Assembly (NCBI RefSeq): GCF_000002075.1
Contig: NW_004797359.1
Coordinates: 388,347 to 452,346, forward strand
Direction of reading: 5' to 3'
Source: Aplysia californica
Lineage: Eukaryota
DNA length: 64,000 bases
Below, in pieces: positions 47,601-59,970 of this stretch. Within the stretch, counting starts at the first letter, position 1, and each line of letters opens with the position of its first letter. A program made the position numbers and the translations under genes. The notes under the pieces are model-generated. The model was not told the DNA's origin and did not search any database. It worked only from the letters and a program-made list of their open reading frames with translations.

Positions 47601-50600
47601 CACAAATGAACTGAACTGGATTTTCCGTGTGTGACTGAAGCGCTTAACTGCTACACCACTGACGAACCTTAAACAAACCAGGATCATAAACAGTGAGATC
47701 TGAGGAGAAGACTGCCACAATTACCAATTGTACTAACACACATGGCTTGATTTATTTTAGATGGCAAGTCAACATGACAATAACGGCTATATTTTGCCAA
47801 AGACAGAGGGACTATGGGAACACCATTGAATAGATGCAGAAGCAGCAAACCACACCAGAACACAAGACTAAACCATCAACAGCACCAGCAGAGAACAAGC
47901 CATTATTCTATAATCTTACAATTCTGTACAGAAATAATGTATTGTACTGCATTGACAATATAGTTGTTGCTGACCAACCTTGTCCAGCAGTTTAGTTGCC
48001 CTGCACATATACAGCTCCCGCTTGGTGCACAAACAGAAGACATCCTCAATTCCTTCCTTCTTCAAGCATTCTGCAAATAAAACACAGGAAATGTTTAGAT
48101 TTAATTTAGTTTTTAGTAAGAGCTACGCAGCACTTGCAACACAAATAGGTAATTTTAAGTTCCGAAGATTAGAGGCATTACTAGAGAGTAAAATATAAAG
48201 GAAAGGAGAAGAGATGAGAACGATAGGTGTTTGATAAGAAACAAGGAGCAAACCACCTTCTCAAGAAGTGTTTTGAATGGCTTCACCAGTAAAGAAATGA
48301 TCTTTGGGAAATTTCAACGTAGAAAGAATTCAACATGAATGTCCTCATCATGCACAATTTTTACGGCTTTGTCTGACACTGTTTTATTTTCAAATTCAAA
48401 GGATACTTATTTTCAGTCTCAGTATTCCCAAAGGCGTTTGATGTACACCAAAAAATTTTTTTTTTTTTATTGTTTACCCAATTCTTTAAGAAAATTCAGC
48501 AACTTGAGCTTCATTAACTGATTCCGTCCATGATTTTTTCAAGCTCTGGACAGAATTAGTTTTCCTTGTTCAGTTTTAGACCTGGGGTGCATCTATTTAA
48601 TGCATTTTACTGTGAAGTTCTAAGTTACTCTAAAGGTATTGTCATCAAAGTGATGGGAATTAATAGAGGAATCTGTATATATCAATACACAGTGATTATT
48701 CTCAGCGACTATTGTCGATTAGGGGAAAAACCTTATCTTTTGAAGAAATAACGTCACCTTTTGTTGCTACAATATTAATTTATTGGTTCTGTAATGGAAA
48801 ATTTTACTCTTGAATGGTTTAACCAATCAAAATTAAGAAAAAAATAAGCCTAAGGTCAAGGCACTGTGTTCCTTAAAAATAATCGTGGGTTCTGATAGGG
48901 ATAAAAATTAAACATGTTTTTTGTGTTGTAAACAAATGACAATTCTAACATTACAAATGTCAAACTATTACTATTATTTCATTAAACAGCTTTCAGTTTT
49001 AAGGCTATTATTTCTAAAAACATACTACTCTGGCAAGTGAATTCCTTTCTGAATTTAGAATATATCTATATTTACACTTGTCTAGGGTTTTGGTGAAGAC
49101 ATAATAATAATAATAAAATAAATTACACTTTTATTTGTCCCAGAAGGGCACTTTGTTTACAATGGCAAACATACATACATAAATACATGATTATAGATAC
49201 CTACATACATAAATACATACATGCATAAATACATACATAAATACACACTATTACACAAATACAGAACAGTTTACAAACAATGCCACTGTCGGTCGCCACT
49301 GTGCAGCGCCCTGAAATTTTGAGCTAGGGTTGTCATGTCTTGCTCAAGGACACACTCCAGTGACCACCCATCTGATCCCCGTGTCACCGACACTTGCTTG
49401 ACATGCGTGCATACTCTCAACTCAAGATTTTAAAAAAAAATGAAACAATAACAATCCCTGCGAGAGCCTAGAATAATCGGCCAGCGCTCTGGGGCAAGTC
49501 ACAAACGGTCACTCTCTTATAATTCAAAAATTATTTTCTATCATCCGTTCTCAACACCCAGGTAGACCTAAAAAACCATTGCATTCTCAGACTGGGAGAT
49601 AAAAAAATGGATATTATTCTCAACCCGGGTGAGAATAACAATGGCCTATAATCTGTATTGTATTTTCCGTCAGACAAAAACGAATAAAGAAAGAAAAATT
49701 GCGCAACACATCTTCGAAAATTTCGACTTACCGCATTTTCTCAGCTCTACAAGTCCTTATATAATCCATAGGAATCAATGCAAAATTGATATCACCCTAG
49801 CACACATTTATGCAAGAATTTCACAAATTTAGTGGAACATCTTTCTTTGAAGGGCCTTTTACTTAGATATCTAGATCTATACCAGGCTCCGTGTTATTTA
49901 CCCTTAGATCTAGCCTACATAGCGACCACAAAAAGATTTTTGCAAAAATTTCACTGAGTTTCGATCGATATTGAGGTCAGGTTTGTTTACAAGTTGTACT
50001 TCCTTTTGACAACTTAAAAAGTAGAAAATATGTTAAAAAGTGCACATTTGTTTCGGATTTCGTTGAGCCGCTCACAGCGGTCGAAAGGATGCAGCGGAAA
50101 AACGCAGAGCCGCTGTCAGCGGCCGAATGGATGGAATTAGTTAAGAGTAGCTTACATCTGGCAAAAAGAATATAAAAAAAGATAAAATACAACAAATAAA
50201 ATGCAATGTAAGATATACTGGCCACTGGCACAAATTACATAAATGGGGAAAAAAAAGATCTACAGTCGAACCTGCCATGACGGCCACCAGTACAGTCACT
50301 TTCATTTTCCCCCCTTGCGTTTTTTCTATATAATTTAACTGTGTAAAACAGTCACCAGTCCAATGCAGTAGCAGCCACCTTATTTTATCAACCCACAGTC
50401 AAATTTACTTGCCTCAGGCGTACAGGCGTGGTCACTCATTGCCTGACGCTTTGCCAAAAAATTAGAATCGGCCCCTCACGCTGTGGACGGGCCGTCATAA
50501 TTCATTCACCTGTAATTATTGTTAGTCCCTCCAATGAATGTTTACCCAAGTTGACCAATGGGTAGGCCAAACAATAAATTTTCAACAGCTGGTGAGGGTA

Positions 50601-53600
50601 GCGTAATCCGTCATAACCTATAAGCCCCGCCCACAACTCATGTACAAATTGTATGTGAGGTGACTGGTCACTGTTTTGCTTACCTAATCCGTAACAGAGT
50701 AACAATTGACGTTGACGTGAACTTGCGACAGAAGCGTCGCTCATTCTCCGAGTGGTAGCGACACGTGTGTTTGTTTTACCATGGCACTCAGTCTTCATCG
50801 TCTTACATAATATTTCGTTTATTTTACCCTTGCACAAAATCAGCAACAAACAGAAAGCTAACCCAAAAAACCCAACAAAAACAAACAACAAAACAGCAAC
50901 ACAAAAAACCCTCCTTACACCACCCAAACCCAGAAGAGAATGATTTGCTTTCTTCATTTTGACCAGTCCTGCCTAAGACAGCCACCTGTGTTATACGGCC
51001 ACTTTTCTCTTTGACAATGGGAGGCCGTTTCACACAAGTTTTACTGTATATAAGAATGCTGAAGAATAAAAAAATTCAAGCAAATAACTCTGGAAAGCAA
51101 ACAATGAGACCTTAAAACAAAACAGTGATCAAAGCTGTTTCAAAATTTCCTCTTTGCTCTCATGTTTGCAAAATAACACTTTGACAGTACAGTACCCCTA
51201 ATATATAAAATTAGTTGTAATTGTCCATATTGATTCAACATTATTGTTTATTTCTGTGACTATGCAACCTTTGAATTAATCTTTATTAATCACAGTACTT
51301 GAAGTTTTTGGTAACCTTAATTTCCAGACAAAGATCACTAAAAGTTGTAGGCCTACGAGGAGAAAAAAAAACTTGAGGAACGAAGTCAAATGTTTCTTGG
51401 ATTACTATATATTTCAAACGCAAGATGCACCGAGGTACCAATTTCATGAGTAACTGGGACCACTACAAACAGAAAATACCACCAAAACTTTCGGGACAAC
51501 TTTTACTTACCCACATCAAAGACCAAACTTCTCCATGTATCTTGATAGCGGCATCCTGTCATGAGGATAGAAAAGAGGCAAAAGTTGTGAGCGAAACCTT
51601 GATGTGAACATGTTCGAGAGGTTAACGATACACCATGGAAAGTCACACAAACTGGTATGGTAACCTCAGCCAAAGATCCTGAAGCCCAAGAATTGGGGGC
51701 AAAAAGCAGGATCTTATACTGATCGAGTCGAATAATCTCCACCTATCTAAAAGTAAAATATGACAAGAGAAGAGATCTCAGAATCCCCTTCTCCCCCAAA
51801 ACAACTGTTCCGATCAATATGAAATCAAATCTACGTACATACTATACTTGTTACCTCTTAGTATAAGACAATCACCTAAACAAACGGACACTTTTCATTC
51901 CCCCCTTCTTTATAATAATACTGATACTGTGTAACACATCCACTCATCTGAGACAATGACATTTCTTCTTGACAATGGGTGGCCGTTGCAGACAATTTCA
52001 AATGTACATATATGTAAAGCATATAATAGATGATGACATTTCTTTCAATAAATAGTATCCTCTTTCTTCTTATACTCAGGCAAATGAAGTAAAAGAACTC
52101 TGTCATCCAGCGCAGCTGATTGAAAGCACAGTACAAAGTTTGTTTTGTGTATCTTTTTCAGGAAACCCCCAAGACCAGTGCTCAGACTGGAATATGATGC
52201 TAGCTTTTTCTCTGTCTACTCCGTAGCTCACAATGAGTTCTTGTGGAGAAGTTTGAGACTTCTTGGCCATTTGACACTAAATCTCAAATAAGGGTTAGCC
52301 AACATTTCAAGATATTTTTGTGAGATGCTGCATTATGATTGAATCTATTGTGAAAAGATTTTTCTTTAAGAAGCACCGAAAAAGTTCTGAAAGAGAAACA
52401 GTAATTTTTGGTCAAAGCCCTAAGGTGGATGAGCATTCGTAAAAAAAAAATTATGGCAAATTAATTAGACTCAGATATTGAGAAAGAAAAAAGTTTTAAA
52501 ACTGACAACATCCAGTGTTTTCCCCAGAGCGCGCCCTTGCGCCTTTTAGCACACCAAAAATCGCAAAGGCGCCCTGAGAATAAGAGAAGGGGCCAGTGGG
52601 GTGCGCTGTGATGAGAACTTTAAACCGGCTGATTATCTTATAGTAGATCTGTTGCAAATAAAAGGCAATGTCATTTTTATCAACCGTGATCGAATTATGC
52701 GGAAGGTAGGCCATAGATCCTAGACTTACTGTTGTGTTGAACTAACATTCCAGACTTCGGCCCTGCCTTATTACAACATTAGGCTAGGCCATAGGCTTAG
52801 GCGGGGCGGGCCGAGAGTGGGGTTCATAGTTAATGCGGTTTCTTTGAAAAGTAGGATCGACAGAGGACCGGCCCTGGGCACAATGTGAAACCAAAAAGAC
52901 TAGTCAAGTACCTGGTACTATCGCTTTTTAACCTATAGGTATTGGATGTTGCTGCTGCTTTTCCAATGTGCTTTCATTTGCCGCATTCTTCTATTTTCGT
53001 GTCTGTTCTACTTAAATGAAAGAACTTGTAACAAATTTGCAAGAAATAAAACTTGCTTTGCTTCACTTCGGCTACATAGATTTGGACTCGATTCCAGAGT
53101 CAGAACTCGCAAATGCCCAAGAGTTCGACCAGAGATGGTTCGACATGGTGTTCGCGGCAGGGCTGCCAGATGGCCACGGGCGTGGCCAAAATGCTCGAAA
53201 ATTGGCCACACGGAAAATTGCTTGGCCACGACAAAATTGCTTGGCCACAGATCTAAATATACTTTCTCCGAGTCAAGTCGATTTTTTTGTCATCAAAACT
53301 GATGAGTTTTTCAGAATGTTAGTTGAGTTTGGTCACGTCAGGTTCTATTTGGCCACTTGTAAAGTCGAAACTGGCCATCTGGAAGCCCTGGTTCGCGAAT
53401 TGGCGGTTACCAGAACTGAAACACATGGGGCATGCATGTGTTGTCTACGCAATACTACGCATAGAAAAAGAAAATTCCAGGAATCAAGTTGAATCACAAA
53501 ATAATTGTATTGTGTACATTCTGTATCAAAGCCTAGATCTAGATCTGGATTTCTAGGAACGAGAATCTTAAGTTGCAGATTCTGGACCTTACAAAGTGAA

Positions 53601-56600
53601 AAGAACAAGTGACTATTTCAAGCCAACGACATCAGGATCCAAAAAGTCTAAGGACAGTAGTGAAAATGTTTCCAGTTCTGATTCAAGTGGATCGTTTTCT
53701 GTGCCTGCAACAGGCTGTGGTGATAGTGATAGGCCTGGGCCTTGCACGCACTCTGATAATATAGATCTAAAAAAGAATGGTGAGAACTTAGTTTACTGGA
53801 CCACTCTTTGACCTTTGTTGTGTTTTCTCTTGGCTCACCCCTCTACACTTCGTGCCAAAACTCCAATAGTAATGACGGCCTCTTTATCTTAAAATGACAA
53901 AGTGTTTCTTGCCTGTTTCATACATTAATTACTATTTCCAAATAGGACAGTTTCTCAAATCTACACTTTATTTCATCAAAATGGAGCCAGAAATAAATAT
54001 TTTACAAGCCTACATCCTGGTGGAAGGAGTTTTAGCACAAGGTGTAGATCTAGATCTAGATCTATCGTTAATTATCCTTAGTTGGTAAATTAAAACAAAA
54101 CAGTTTATGGGGTCCAGTAAGCTAAGATCTTATGTCCTTAACAGATTGTGACGGAACAGTGTCTGCAGAACCAGTAGATCTAGATGTCATTGAGGTTAGT
54201 AATGAAGCAACAACCTCGCCAGGAACAAAAACTGTGAAAAAAATCAATAAGCCTTTCCTACCCAAACGGCTAAATGAACCAAAATACAAACAGTGGCTCA
54301 AATGAGAGTCAGTAATCCACTCTTTTCTCAGTAGAAATAAAGCAAGATCCATAACATGCATATCTTTTAATTTAACCTTTGTCGCTTTACATTATAGGGA
54401 AGGGCCCCACAAAAACTCAAAACGCCCCCTTGAAATGGCTTTGGGGGGCCCGGGCCCCCTCTATCAATAACCGGGGGAAAACACTGCAACATCATTTAAT
54501 ACATGACATGAAGATCCAAAGAAACAAGAAAAGGCACATTGCAATACCTGGGAGAGGAGAAATTCCAAGCTTTTGATCACAGCCAACAACCTGTAAATCA
54601 AGCCTGTTGAGCAAATACAATAAAGAAATCAGAAAATGCACAAAAATCTACGAGTTTGTGTAAATTTCTTCGGCTTGCATTGGCACGACTTGATTGACTT
54701 TCTTTAAAAGGACAACTCAACATCATGTGTGGCAATAAAAAAAGGAAAAGAGACAAACCTCAAACCTGTACACTAAGGTTTTTTAAGAACATAAGAATAT
54801 CTTTTACTTTTACTTATGTTCCCCACAGTGTTTCGTATTAGAATTTAGGTTTACTTATATTTATATTTTTCGAATCTTCTTTCACATCATACAAAAATAT
54901 TATGGCAATGAGCAATTCAAAAAACTTACTTTAATTTAAACAACAGACCTGCAAGAAATTATCCACAATCTTAATTTTTCAAATCATTATATTATAATTG
55001 AAAACAAGGGCTCTGCAACACAAAATATTCTGAAAAAAATAAACAGAAATTCATTTACAAGCTGTACTGAGAACAAAATCAAAATACCAGTCAACTTGAA
55101 AAGGAGTAAGATCTAACTGTTCAGCATCCTCTTTGTCGGAGAGATCAGACTGATCCAGTATATCTGCAGACACACCATCCGGTAAAGACTGATTTGCATC
55201 CTGAAAACATACAGAAAGCCAAAATAATTTTTGGACTGGAATCATTAAAATATAGTCACAAAAATGTGTTGATAACAGTTTTAGTTTAGTATGGGGTTTT
55301 ACGGCGCTCGCAATTGCATAAGTAGAAGGTCATATGAGTGCACAAAACACAAGTTGGTTGCATTCGCAACAGTTCACTGCACGGTTGGTCAACTATTAGA
55401 CTTTAAAATGTTAAAATATTAAAATTCGGTGTAAATATATTTTCAATTTAAAACAACTCTTATAAATAACAATAAAATTTTTTAACAATATTGTTTCATT
55501 TTATAATTTCCCATAAAGGCCAATGGCCTTCATAAAATCCAAGATTCTGTTGGGACCAATGACAGAAAAAATGTCTTGCAATTTCTTGCATTTGAAGTAT
55601 TTTCTTCGGATCTCTCCAAAGTCTAGACATTCGGTTAAAATGTGTCTAAATGGTAAAATCTGTGTTGCATCCGACACAGAACGGCTTTTCATTTCCCTGT
55701 AGGAGGTTAAGAGGTATTTGTGCGTCAGGGCCGTGTGTCCGATGCGCAATCGAGTAAAAATGACTTCGTGTCTTCTGGAGAGGTCTGAAGGATTTTGTGG
55801 TCCCAGTTTGGGTTTTTATATTATAGAGTTTGTTATTCTTCTGTTTTTTCCAGTGGCTCTCCCACAGACTGGAGGTGTACTTTTTTACTTTATTTTTAAA
55901 GTCAGTCTGAGGGAGAGTGTTCGTCGTTGATCCTAACAGAAGGGATGAGGATTTCTTCGACAGGTCATCTACCTGCTCGTTTCCTCTGATGCCCACACGG
56001 CTAGGTATCCATGCAAACATGATATTTTTTCCTGTTTCAGATAGGGAGTGAATTTTCTGTAGTAGCCTAACTATTTTTGGGTGTAGGAGTGTGACAGTTT
56101 GTGAGTGAGGTGATGCAAGACAGAGTCAGAAAGGATAAGGAAAGATTTGGTAGGAGAATTTTCTACTGAGTCCAGTGCCATGTCAATGGCAGGCAGCGGC
56201 CTCCGCAGAGAAAATGGAGGCTTCAGGATGGAGTCTCCTCTGGTGTGTACTGTTGGAGGATAGGGCTGCGGCGCCCACATATTGTCTTTTTTGGAGCCAT
56301 CCGTGAAGATGAGCTCCCCACCGGGGTATTTATCTATTAGTTTTTTGTATTCCATTAAAAAAGTTTTGGTGTTCGTGCTTTCTTTGTTGTGTGTGGTCAG
56401 CTGTAAGTCTACTTTTGCCTTGGTTAGGTGCCACAGAGGGAGGTCTGGGAAAAGGAATTGTTGGAAGTCTTGATTGGAAAATTGTAAGTTTTTGAGGTCC
56501 TCAAGGATTCTGAGGCCGAAGGGTTTGATGAGTTTTTCGTTGTTTTGGAATTTGTTTATGGTTTCTGGGTTTGTTTTAGAAATGCTGTTGTGTGCTGGAT

Positions 56601-58415
56601 TTTCTGGTGTTGAGCTCTGTTTAATTGCGCATTGTAGTGAGAGTTGTGTGCGTCTGAGTGAGAGTGATGATATGTTTGCCTCGGCCTGGAGGCTCTCCAC
56701 CGGGGAAGTGCGGAAAGCCCCCAGAGCGAGGCGGAGTCCTTGGTTTTGTACTGGGTCTAGCATTTTCAGGATGTGTGGTTTTGCAGATCCGTAGACTTGA
56801 TAGCTGTAGTCAAGCCTGGGCCGGACAAAGGAGATGTACAAGTGGAGAAGGTGTTTTGAGTCCCCGCCCCACTCCGGATGCGAAAGAATTTTCAAAGCGT
56901 TTAATGCTTTCTGGCACCTCACACGAAGGTCTTTGATGTGTGGTATGAAAGTGAGTTTTTTGTCGAATACAACGCCGAGGAAACGAGCCTGGTCCTGGAC
57001 AGGAATCCTTTCCCCGTATAGTGTCAAATCCGGTTGCAGCACACGGCTGCCTTTTCGGCAGAAGTGTACTGCAACCTTCTTTGACGGGGAGAACTTGAAA
57101 CCGTTATTGTTTGCCCACTTTTCGAGTGTTTGCAGCTGCCTTTCCATAGATCTCAGATGAGGATTTTTCGAACGGCAGCATATATCAGAAAGTCGTCAAA
57201 GTATACGAGTGCTGCTTTGGAGGGTTTTTACGATGGAATCTATTTTGATTTCAAATAGGAGAGGAGAAAGGATGCTCCCCTGGGGAACGCCTTCCTCCTG
57301 TTGGTGGGGGTCTGAAAGGGAGGATCCGACATGAACCTGGAAGGAACGGTTCTTTAGGAAGTTGCCAATGAAGGCAGGGAGGTGACTGCGTATGCCGAGT
57401 GCATGCAGATCTTTGAGAATGCCGTACTTCCAGGTTGCATCGAAGGCTTTTTCTAGGTCGAAAAAGATGGCGATCATGTGGCCTCCTTCAGCGAATGTCT
57501 CGCGTATAAAGGTCTCCAGGCGGACAAGGTGATCTAGAACTAGAGTGGATCGAGTTTTCCTGAAACCGCACTAGAGGCCGCTGAGCGAGCCCGTCATCTC
57601 CAGAAACACATGAGTCGCCTGTGAATCATTTTTTCAATAAGTTTACACAGACAGATCGTTAGTGCTATTGGTCTGTAATTGGATGGGTGTGTGTGATCTT
57701 TTTTTGGTTTGGATATTGGAATGACAGTGGCGAGACGTCAAGACTACAGAAAGTGAGAAAGGAGTGCGACCGCCACATGTCGTTACGTCTAGATCTAGTA
57801 AAGTAGGAGTGTACTACAAGTGTTTCTGAGGGTAAGTGTCTAATGATCTGGTTGTGGATGTCATCCGGTCCCGGGGCTGTATTGCCCAGGTCCGAGATGC
57901 ACGATGTTAGTTCGTCTATTGCGACGTCTGCATTGTAGGTTTCAGTGTTGTTTTGAGTCTGAGTGGAAGTTTAGGTGTTGTTGTTCTGTTAGTTTTGATG
58001 TTTTGAAAAGTGGTGTTGTAGTTTGCTTGGGATGAATTTTTGGCAAGAGATGTAGCTATTGTGTTTGCGATGTCTACACAAGTGTTTCAGCTATACATAA
58101 TTCCATTCAGCCTCGTCTTAAGTACGGCACGGCTAGCCACTTCGAATCTGAAGTTCTTTCTTCATAATTTAGGTTTAGCTACATCGATCTCTAAATCTAT
58201 AGATAGGTCTATCTATCTGGACTCTAAATTTATCACTGTCATTATCAAAATCAATCTTCCTACCCATGCCCAAGAGATTTCTACAGATCAACTCTGATGA
58301 ATGATGCATAACACTGTCACTGACTATGGCCTGGGCCTGGGGAGTCACCTACCATCATGTCTTCAGTATCCTCAAGTTTATTTGGCTTCATCGTACACGA
58401 TTCGACCTCAGACAT
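41525..58415 (-). CDS. CDKN3: Cyclin-dependent kinase inhibitor 3 / CDK2-associated dual-specificity phosphatase (KAP), 9 exons, 241 aa
   Basis: Exons in transcript order 58415-58353, 55200-55088, 54603-54548, 51555-51511, 48070-47979, 45774-45644, 45103-45072, 43943-43840, 41614-41525; 726 nt, all phases consistent. Motifs LGISPLPGCRYQD, VFCLCTKREL, HHFPIEDGGVP, catalytic HCFGGLGRS, LRGKTAIQSVKQFNF and C-terminal RSVSR match KAP. Confidence 0.95.
41803..42041. mobile_element. piggyBac-like MITE
   Basis: TIR CCCTATCCGT/ACGGATAGGG; right TTAA intact. Confidence 0.7.
42740..43142 (-). mobile_element. Short retroposon family A copy
   Basis: Reverse-complement match to 2529-2905; TSD ACATGTATT. 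Confidence 0.85.
43551..43712. mobile_element. Short degenerate pogo-type MITE
   Basis: CAGTGTCTCTAAAACGAC...GTCGTTATAGAGAGGCTGCATTG|TA. Confidence 0.55.
43840..43943 (-). CDS. CDKN3: CDKN3 exon 8
   Basis: (V)AACLIMVMDDSVGHEEAIKRVKDLRGKTAIQSVK. Confidence 0.93.
45072..45103 (-). CDS. CDKN3: CDKN3 exon 7 (catalytic P-loop)
   Basis: (H)CFGGLGRSCS(V), CX5R intact. Confidence 0.93.
45644..45774 (-). CDS. CDKN3: CDKN3 exon 6
   Basis: YGEAGFTVHHFPIEDGGVPEVASMLDITEKLRLCLLGGKKTLL(H). Confidence 0.93.
46165..47008. mobile_element. Non-autonomous piggyBac element
   Basis: TIR CCCTTGTCCTGCG/CGCAGGACAAGGG; TTAA both sides. Confidence 0.88.
47979..48070 (-). CDS. CDKN3: CDKN3 exon 5
   Basis: (E)CLKKEGIEDVFCLCTKRELYMCRATKLLDK. 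Confidence 0.92.
50263..51046. mobile_element. pogo-type MITE
   Basis: TA|CAGTCGAACCTG...CAAGTTTTACTG|TA with subterminal GGCCAC repeats. Confidence 0.65.
51511..51555 (-). CDS. CDKN3: CDKN3 exon 4
   Basis: (G)CRYQDTWRSLVFDV(E), donor gtaagt. Confidence 0.9.
52513..54486 (+). mobile_element. Non-autonomous hAT-like element in CDKN3 intron 3
   Basis: TIR CAGTGTTTTCCCC/GGGGAAAACACTG; flanking direct repeat CAACATC; possible transposase N-terminal remnants (SDYFKP; KPFLPKRLNEPKYKQWL). Confidence 0.75.
53158..53390. mobile_element. hAT-type MITE nested in the 52513-54486 element
   Basis: TIR CAGGGCTGCCAGATGGCCA/TGGCCATCTGGAAGCCCTG; 8-bp TSD GTTCGCGG/GTTCGCGA. Confidence 0.82.
54548..54603 (-). 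CDS. CDKN3: CDKN3 exon 3
   Basis: (W)LDLQVVGCDQKLGISPLP(G). Confidence 0.9.
55088..55200 (-). CDS. CDKN3: CDKN3 exon 2
   Basis: DANQSLPDG...DLSDKEDAEQLDLTPFQVD(W). Confidence 0.88.
55278..58075 (-). mobile_element. 5'-truncated, decayed LINE (I/Nimb-like, RT plus RNase H) in CDKN3 intron 1
   Basis: FFDLEKAFD, GVPQGSILSP, FLGVVFDKKLTF, IFTDGSK, WIPSRVGIRGNEQVD, RIGHTALTH; frameshifted; 3' tail ...GCGAGCGCCGTAAAAC plus (CTAAA)n. Confidence 0.92.
58353..58415 (-). CDS. CDKN3: CDKN3 exon 1
   Basis: MSEVESCTMKPNKLEDTEDMM|gtaggt; phase 0 fits exon 2; second ATG (MKP) at 58391 is an alternative start. Confidence 0.7.
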
Positions 58416-59217
58416 CGCGATAAAAGGTAAGACTGAGGAAGAACCCGTTTCCCAAGTCCAGGTCTGCAAGTTTACTGTTCTCAGGAATTGGAAAAGAACG
58501 GCGCCGTCGGTAGAAGCAAGCAACTGCGGGGGTGAAGTCCTCGCCGGTCCTCGGTGATTTTACTGAGAGTAAAAAGAATTTCAAGAAAGTAACACAAGAC
58601 AAGAGTCTAAACCAACTCAACGCAATGAATATAAATAGCGGGGTCTGTTAGATCTGACACTGTAACTCACGCTCACTGATTCGCGCCGTGCGTGCACGCT
58701 TTTGTTGACTATTCCTCTAAGGCTAAGGCCAAAGGTCTACTTTTCTTTCTCTCTCCGTTTGCTAGCAGGCTGCGCTCAACTGCGCTGGCTCAAATTTCAA
58801 AATTTAAAAATACCACACAATTTTGTTTCGTTCCCAGTTCTTTATTTTTAGTAAAATCTCATGATTTACTAAAACAAGAACCGTGTTTTTTTTCTGGAAG
58901 GAAACGGAAGTAATTTATAGTAAACACTGGTGGGTAGGCGAACCAAAAATACTACGGTACACAATAGTAGAGAGAAAAGATATAGTCCGTTCGATTTGGA
59001 TGTTATTTACCCAGCTAAGGGCTAATGGAGTGTGATGATTTCTACACTTTTAGATTCTTGATCATCCCGTAGTTTCCTGATCTAATAATGGTTACCTGCT
59101 AGACTCTACTAACTAAATTAATTATCGAGCAAACTGCTGCTTTAACGAGTGTTGTCTGTTGACTTCATTTCATAAAAACCCAGTTGACTAGGCTAGTTTT
59201 TCAAATCAAACTAAAAC
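58416..59217. promoter_or_regulatory. Bidirectional promoter/5'UTR region CDKN3-MEA1
   Basis: Divergent ATGs about 800 bp apart; CpG-richer patch; ETS-type CGGAAGT at 58905-58911. Confidence 0.6.
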
Positions 59218-59652
59218 ATGGCCCCTATTCCAGAAGATCACCAGGACAAGCCCCCAAATGATAAAGACGACGGTGACTTAAATGACTTTTCGAATCCCAA
59301 TCTGATGATGCCCATTGATGTGGCAGAGTCCAGTGAAGACAGTGAAATTGAAAGTGATACAGGACACAATGGTTACGCTTTGTTGCCTCAAGAGCCTGGC
59401 GAGTGTGAGGATGACTCGGATAGTGATACTTATGAGGAGGAGATGGTAAATCATTCTGAAACTCAGGTTAATGGAGACACAATAACAGCTTCAGGTCAGT
59501 CAGTTAACAACAGCAGGCATCACTCTGTACCTGAAGCTGTCCTGTCATCTGAGGCAGGAGCTGCTGGGCCTACAGTGGCAGCTTCCGAAACAGCATATCA
59601 TCCTGATTTTCTAGCCAAATTTCCAGATGGCAAAATTCCTTCGTACATGCAA
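59218..59652 (+). CDS. MEA1: Male-enhanced antigen 1-like protein, exon 1
   Basis: aaaacATGG start, acidic low-complexity 145 codons with HNGYALLPQEP (cf. MEA1 GYxYQPLNQDP), donor CAA|gtaagt. Confidence 0.7.
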
Positions 59653-59970
59653 GTAAGTCCTGTGAGTTGAAAAGGGTTTTTTATTTGTGTGGTGTACCGA
59701 ACGCTCGATACTGATTCGTTATCCGTGAGTGCTGAGGTTCGGGGTCCGCTGGCAGTTCACTTCAGTATAGCGGGGGGGGGGGGGGAGGGGGGGGGGGGGG
59801 GACACAGTACAGTGGCATTCGGACTCAACGAAGTCGTTGGGCCTGACCTTCAATTTAGTTGAATCCGAATGTTAGGTAGAGCAAAGATAAGGTTTTTGTG
59901 TAAATAATTACAGGCACCGAGCAAGTATAGATCTAGATCATGTTATTATTCGACTTCCTCAACCAAAACA

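Noticed and set aside
49732-49796. Candidate extra CDKN3 exon with a gtaagt donor
   Set aside because: Its 65-nt length breaks the frame between exons 4 and 5, no KAP similarity, and the gene is complete without it.
53016-53492. 158-aa ORF
   Set aside because: Runs across a nested MITE and both of its TSDs; no recognisable domain.
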